Shown here: positions 60,473 to 64,000 of the stretch, in pieces | Layout of the letters: each line of letters begins with the position of its first letter | Position numbering within the stretch: position 1 is the first letter of the stretch | Source of the DNA: Leucoraja erinacea | Lineage: Eukaryota | Assembly (NCBI RefSeq): GCF_028641065.1 | Contig: NC_073377.1 | Span: 91,698,001-91,762,000 of the forward strand | Length of the DNA: 64,000 nucleotides | Direction: 5' to 3' | The notes under the pieces: generated by a model | What the model saw: only the letters and a program-made list of their open reading frames with translations | The model's database searches: none | Told to the model about the DNA's origin: nothing | Translations under genes and position numbers: made by a program

Positions 60473-62349
60473 TCTGTCTCTCTGTCTCTCTGTCTCTCTG
60501 TCTCTCTGTCTCTCTGTCTCTCTGTCTCGCTATCTCTAAAACTCTAATCTAGTTTGTTATTATGACTGTGGTTCTGTCTGTCTGTGAGTGTGATCCTGAA
60601 ATTACGCCACAATGGTACACGATAGTGCTGCAATATTTGGCCCACCTTACTCATCATTACCGTGTGGTGCGGTGTTTCACGTTTCGTCCAGACTGATGGT
60701 ATATTTTACAAGTTATTCACATTTAAGGAGTGGTAGAGCAGAGAGATAGAGGGAGAGGAGAGGGGTAAGGGGGGGTAGTGTTTAAGGATGGAGGGAGGTA
60801 GTGTCTGTAGTGGCCATTTGGCTTGTTTTGTGTGTCATTAATAATGGCGTGTGTCTTTAAATTTTAGACTATACGTTATATTGTGGGTGGGATTTAGGAC
60901 ATATTTTAAGGCGTGTTTTGAGCTAAGTTTTTTTGCGCAGAAGCTTAGTTGTTAGTTTGGTTTGGGATCAGCATGGAGAAGATTTACCGTTTGAACATGC
61001 GAAGTGTAACGGAGACACGAGGAGTTTTCTAACATTTAAAGTGATAAGCTGGAGTTTGATGAGATTATAGTAACAAATGTTGGGCGAGTCCAGAACCAGG
61101 GGCCACAGTCTTAGAATAAAGGGGAGGTCATTTAAGACTGAGGTGAGAAAAAACTTTTTCACCCAGAGAGTTGTGAATTTATGGAATTCCCTGCCACAGA
61201 GAACAGTGGAGGCCAAATCACTGGATGGATTTAAGAGAGAGTTAGATAGAGCTCTAGGGGCTAGTGGAGTCAAGGGATATGGGGAGAAGGCAGGCCCGGG
61301 TTATTGATAGGAGATGATCAGCCATGATCACAATAATCATATAACCATATAACATTTACAGCACGGAAACAGGCCACCTCAGCCATTCTAGTCCGTGCCG
61401 AACACTTACTCTCACCTAGTCCCATCTACCTGCACTCAGACCATAACCCTCCATTCCTTTCCTGTCCATATACCTATCCAATTTATTTTTAAATGATAAA
61501 ATCGAACCTGCCTCCACCAATTCCACTGGAAGCTCATTCGACACAGCTACCATTCTCTGAGTAAAGAAGTTCCCCCTCATGTTACCCCTAAACTGTTGTC
61601 CCTTAATTCTCAAATCATGTCCTCTTGTTTGAATCTTCCCTACTCTCAATGGAAAAAGCTTATCCAATTCAGCTCCGTCTATCCCTATCATCATTTTAAA
61701 GACCTTTATCAAGTCCCCCCTTAAACTTCTGCTCTCCAAAGAACAAAGACCTATCTTGTTCACAATGAATGGCTCGAAGGGCCGAATGCCCTCATCCTGC
61801 AACTATTTTCTATGTTTCTATGTTTTTATGTTTCTTTAGTAAAGGGTCAGAAGAAGTTTGGATGTATCTTATTGTTTTTCATCAACAATAAAGAATTTAT
61901 TCATCAAAAGACTGTGTTTTGGTAGATTTGGCTGTGAAGAAGTTCTGAAGGTCTCGCATGCGTATAAAGACATTCCCCTTAACCATGTAGTCCATTTAGC
62001 GGCTAGAGGGAGTAATCTCTTGAACAATATAAAAATCTGCCGCTACAGTGACTGAGGGTAGGGGAAACTAGAGTGATGGAGAGATGAGGGAGGGAATGGG
62101 GGAGGGGAGGAGGCGAGGGGAAAGAAGAGGGATGGTGAAGAGGGGGAACGAGTGCTGGGGGCTGAGGGAGAATGGAGGAGGATAGGGGAAGAGGAATGAC
62201 GAGGCACAGTTGGAGGAGGGTTGCCGTGACTCACGTCACAACGGGGATCTACGGCGTCAAAACTGCCACGCCTGCGCAGTTGGGGGCTATGGATCAGTGG
62301 TGGAATATTGTCTTGGGGGACGGGGCCCAACGGGTCCCACTTGATCAAG
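60473..62349 (+). mobile_element. Non-autonomous Helitron with nested CR1s
   Basis: A|TC start with (TCTGTCTC)n; 3' hairpin gggcccaacgggtcc + cacttgat + CAAG|T; subterminal gggctat.atcagtgg shared with 57455-58778. Confidence 0.6.
61074..61836 (+). mobile_element. CR1 3' fragment (TSD TAGTAA) containing a reverse CR1 at 61335-61759 (TSD TCACAAT)
   Basis: GESRTRGHSLRIKG...FFTQRVVNLWNSLP; TSDs at 61068-73/61837-42 and 61328-34/61760-66. Confidence 0.88.
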
Positions 62350-62749
62350 TTTACTCTTAGAAATTTGAAGTTTTCAATCATCTCTATTTCGGCGCCATCA
62401 ATGCTTCCTGATGTCGATCACTGTCTACTTTGTCTTGATGACGTTGAGAGAATGGTTGTTGGCTCAATACCAGAACATAATGTCCTCAATCTCTTTCCTG
62501 GAGATTGATATCTGGTCCACAATGGTGGTGTCGTCTGCAAATTTGTAAATTGAATTAAATTTGTGCATGGCTGCACAGTCATGGCTGGACAAGGTGTAAA
62601 GGAGGGGGCTGAGAATGCAGAGGAAATTTAACATGGCATCATCTTTGGCTGGGACATTGTGGACCAAAGGGCCTGTTCCAGTTTTGTTATATTCTTTGTA
62701 ATATGTTCCATGTTCTCAAAGACAACTTGTTTTGTAGATCATCCTGGAA

Positions 62750-64000
62750 TTCCTGACCTGTAGACTTCCTGGCCAATCTCAGGCCCGGGCCACCGAAGAT
62801 GCTGCCATCATCGATCTTCGCCGCCTTCCCGGCCCACCCCAGACCCGGACCACCAAAGATGCCGCCATTGTCAACCTTCACGGCCTCTCCGGGGTTGCTG
62901 CCACCGACCTTCACAACTTCCCCGGGGCCACGGCCACTGACCTTCACGGCCTCCCCAGGCCACAACCTCCTCTGCCGCCGACCTTCACAGCCTTACTGGG
63001 ACCGCTGACCTTTTCTGCCTCACCGTTGACGCCGACCCTTGCTGCCTCCCGGCCATCTGCTGACCGGGACTACCAACACTTTGTCCACTAACCTGGATTC
63101 CACTCCCCGCGGGCCTCCACCATCCTCCCTGACCTCCCCCTTTCTGATACGGATGGTCTGTCCTCAGCAGAGGCCTCACCTTTGTTCCGCTCTGACACCA
63201 CCTCATCGAGTTCTGGATCCCCCACGATGTAGAGCTGTTCTTCCGTCGCCTCCACCTCCGGGCCTTTCTCTATGGCAAGGAGTCCTCACCACCCAGTGAT
63301 GACCTCTTCTCCACCCTCCTCGGACTCCCCCGGATCGCCATCTGCCTGCTTTAGACCGTTTTATTTTCAACTGCTGGTGGGACATTAGCCGCCTCAAATT
63401 TTCCACTCCCCTTACTCACGCTAACCTCTTGCTCCCTGAATGTATAGCCCTCCACTCACTATGCAGCATCCCCAATTGCTTAATCAAATCTGCCTACAAG
63501 GGAGATGCCATGGTAGTCTGGCGGACTGACCTCTACCGGACTGAGGTCAGGCAACAAATCTCAGACACCTCATCCTACTTATCCTTGGACCATGACCTCA
63601 CGAACAAGCATCAGGCTTTAATCCCAAGCACCATTACTGATTTCATCACACCCAGGTCTCTGCCCTCTAAAGCCTCCAACCTTATCGTTCCCCGGCCCCA
63701 CACAGCCAGATTTTATCTTCTACCCAAAATCCACAAACAGAACTGTCCTGGCAGACCCATTGCATCTGCTTGTTTTTGCCCTACCAAACCTATTTCCCAA
63801 TACCTCGACTACATCCTATCCCCCTATCCCCCCGGTCCAATCCCTTCCTACCTATGTCCAAGACGCCTCACACGCTCTTCCTCTCCTCTATAACCTGTTA
63901 TCCAGGCCCCCACTCCCTCATCTTCACCATGGATGTCCAGTCACTCTACACCTCCATCCCCCACAAGGAGGATCTTAAAGCCCTCCTCTGCTTCCTCGAC
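62750..64000 (+). mobile_element. Penelope-like element, N-terminal region and RT (frameshifted; runs off window)
   Basis: IKSAYKG...VVW..DLY, ARFYLLPKIHK..CPGRPI, QSLPTYVQD, FTMDVQSLYTSIPH; upstream ccttcacggcc repeats. Confidence 0.88.

Overview
Eukaryotic, repeat-dominated, apparently non-coding DNA, most likely from a cartilaginous fish (skate/ray/shark). This is inferred from abundant HE1/V-SINE-type SINEs, CR1 LINEs with (TTTCTATG)n tails, Deu-SINE remnants, Rex1/Babar, Tx1/L1, L2 and Penelope-like elements. I recognise no host protein-coding gene, RNA gene or CRISPR array; every recognisable ORF is transposon-derived. Notable structures: (i) a ~1.1 kb fold-back at 53302-54401, where a Harbinger-type MITE is flanked by a 291-bp inverted copy of its own left flank and the junction appears to retain the original TIR end plus TAA TSD; (ii) a DIRS1-type tyrosine-recombinase retroelement (6406-10977) with ICR, collapsed right ITR and a minisatellite-expanded gag region; (iii) an internally deleted LTR element with Gmr1-like domain order and exact 5-bp TSD; (iv) Penelope-like ends carrying minimal hammerhead-ribozyme motifs; (v) two related non-autonomous Helitrons; (vi) a GC-rich non-autonomous retroposon family with Rex1-like tail, one copy flanked by a ~97-bp direct repeat; (vii) eight Harbinger-type MITEs sharing a TIR, most also sharing an internal palindrome and GGCGAC arrays. 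I do not claim a wholly new biological system; the fold-back, long-TSD retroposon and MITE family are the best leads. Family names come from recalled motifs, not database searches, and boundaries of degraded repeats are approximate. An assembly gap lies at 31574-31730.
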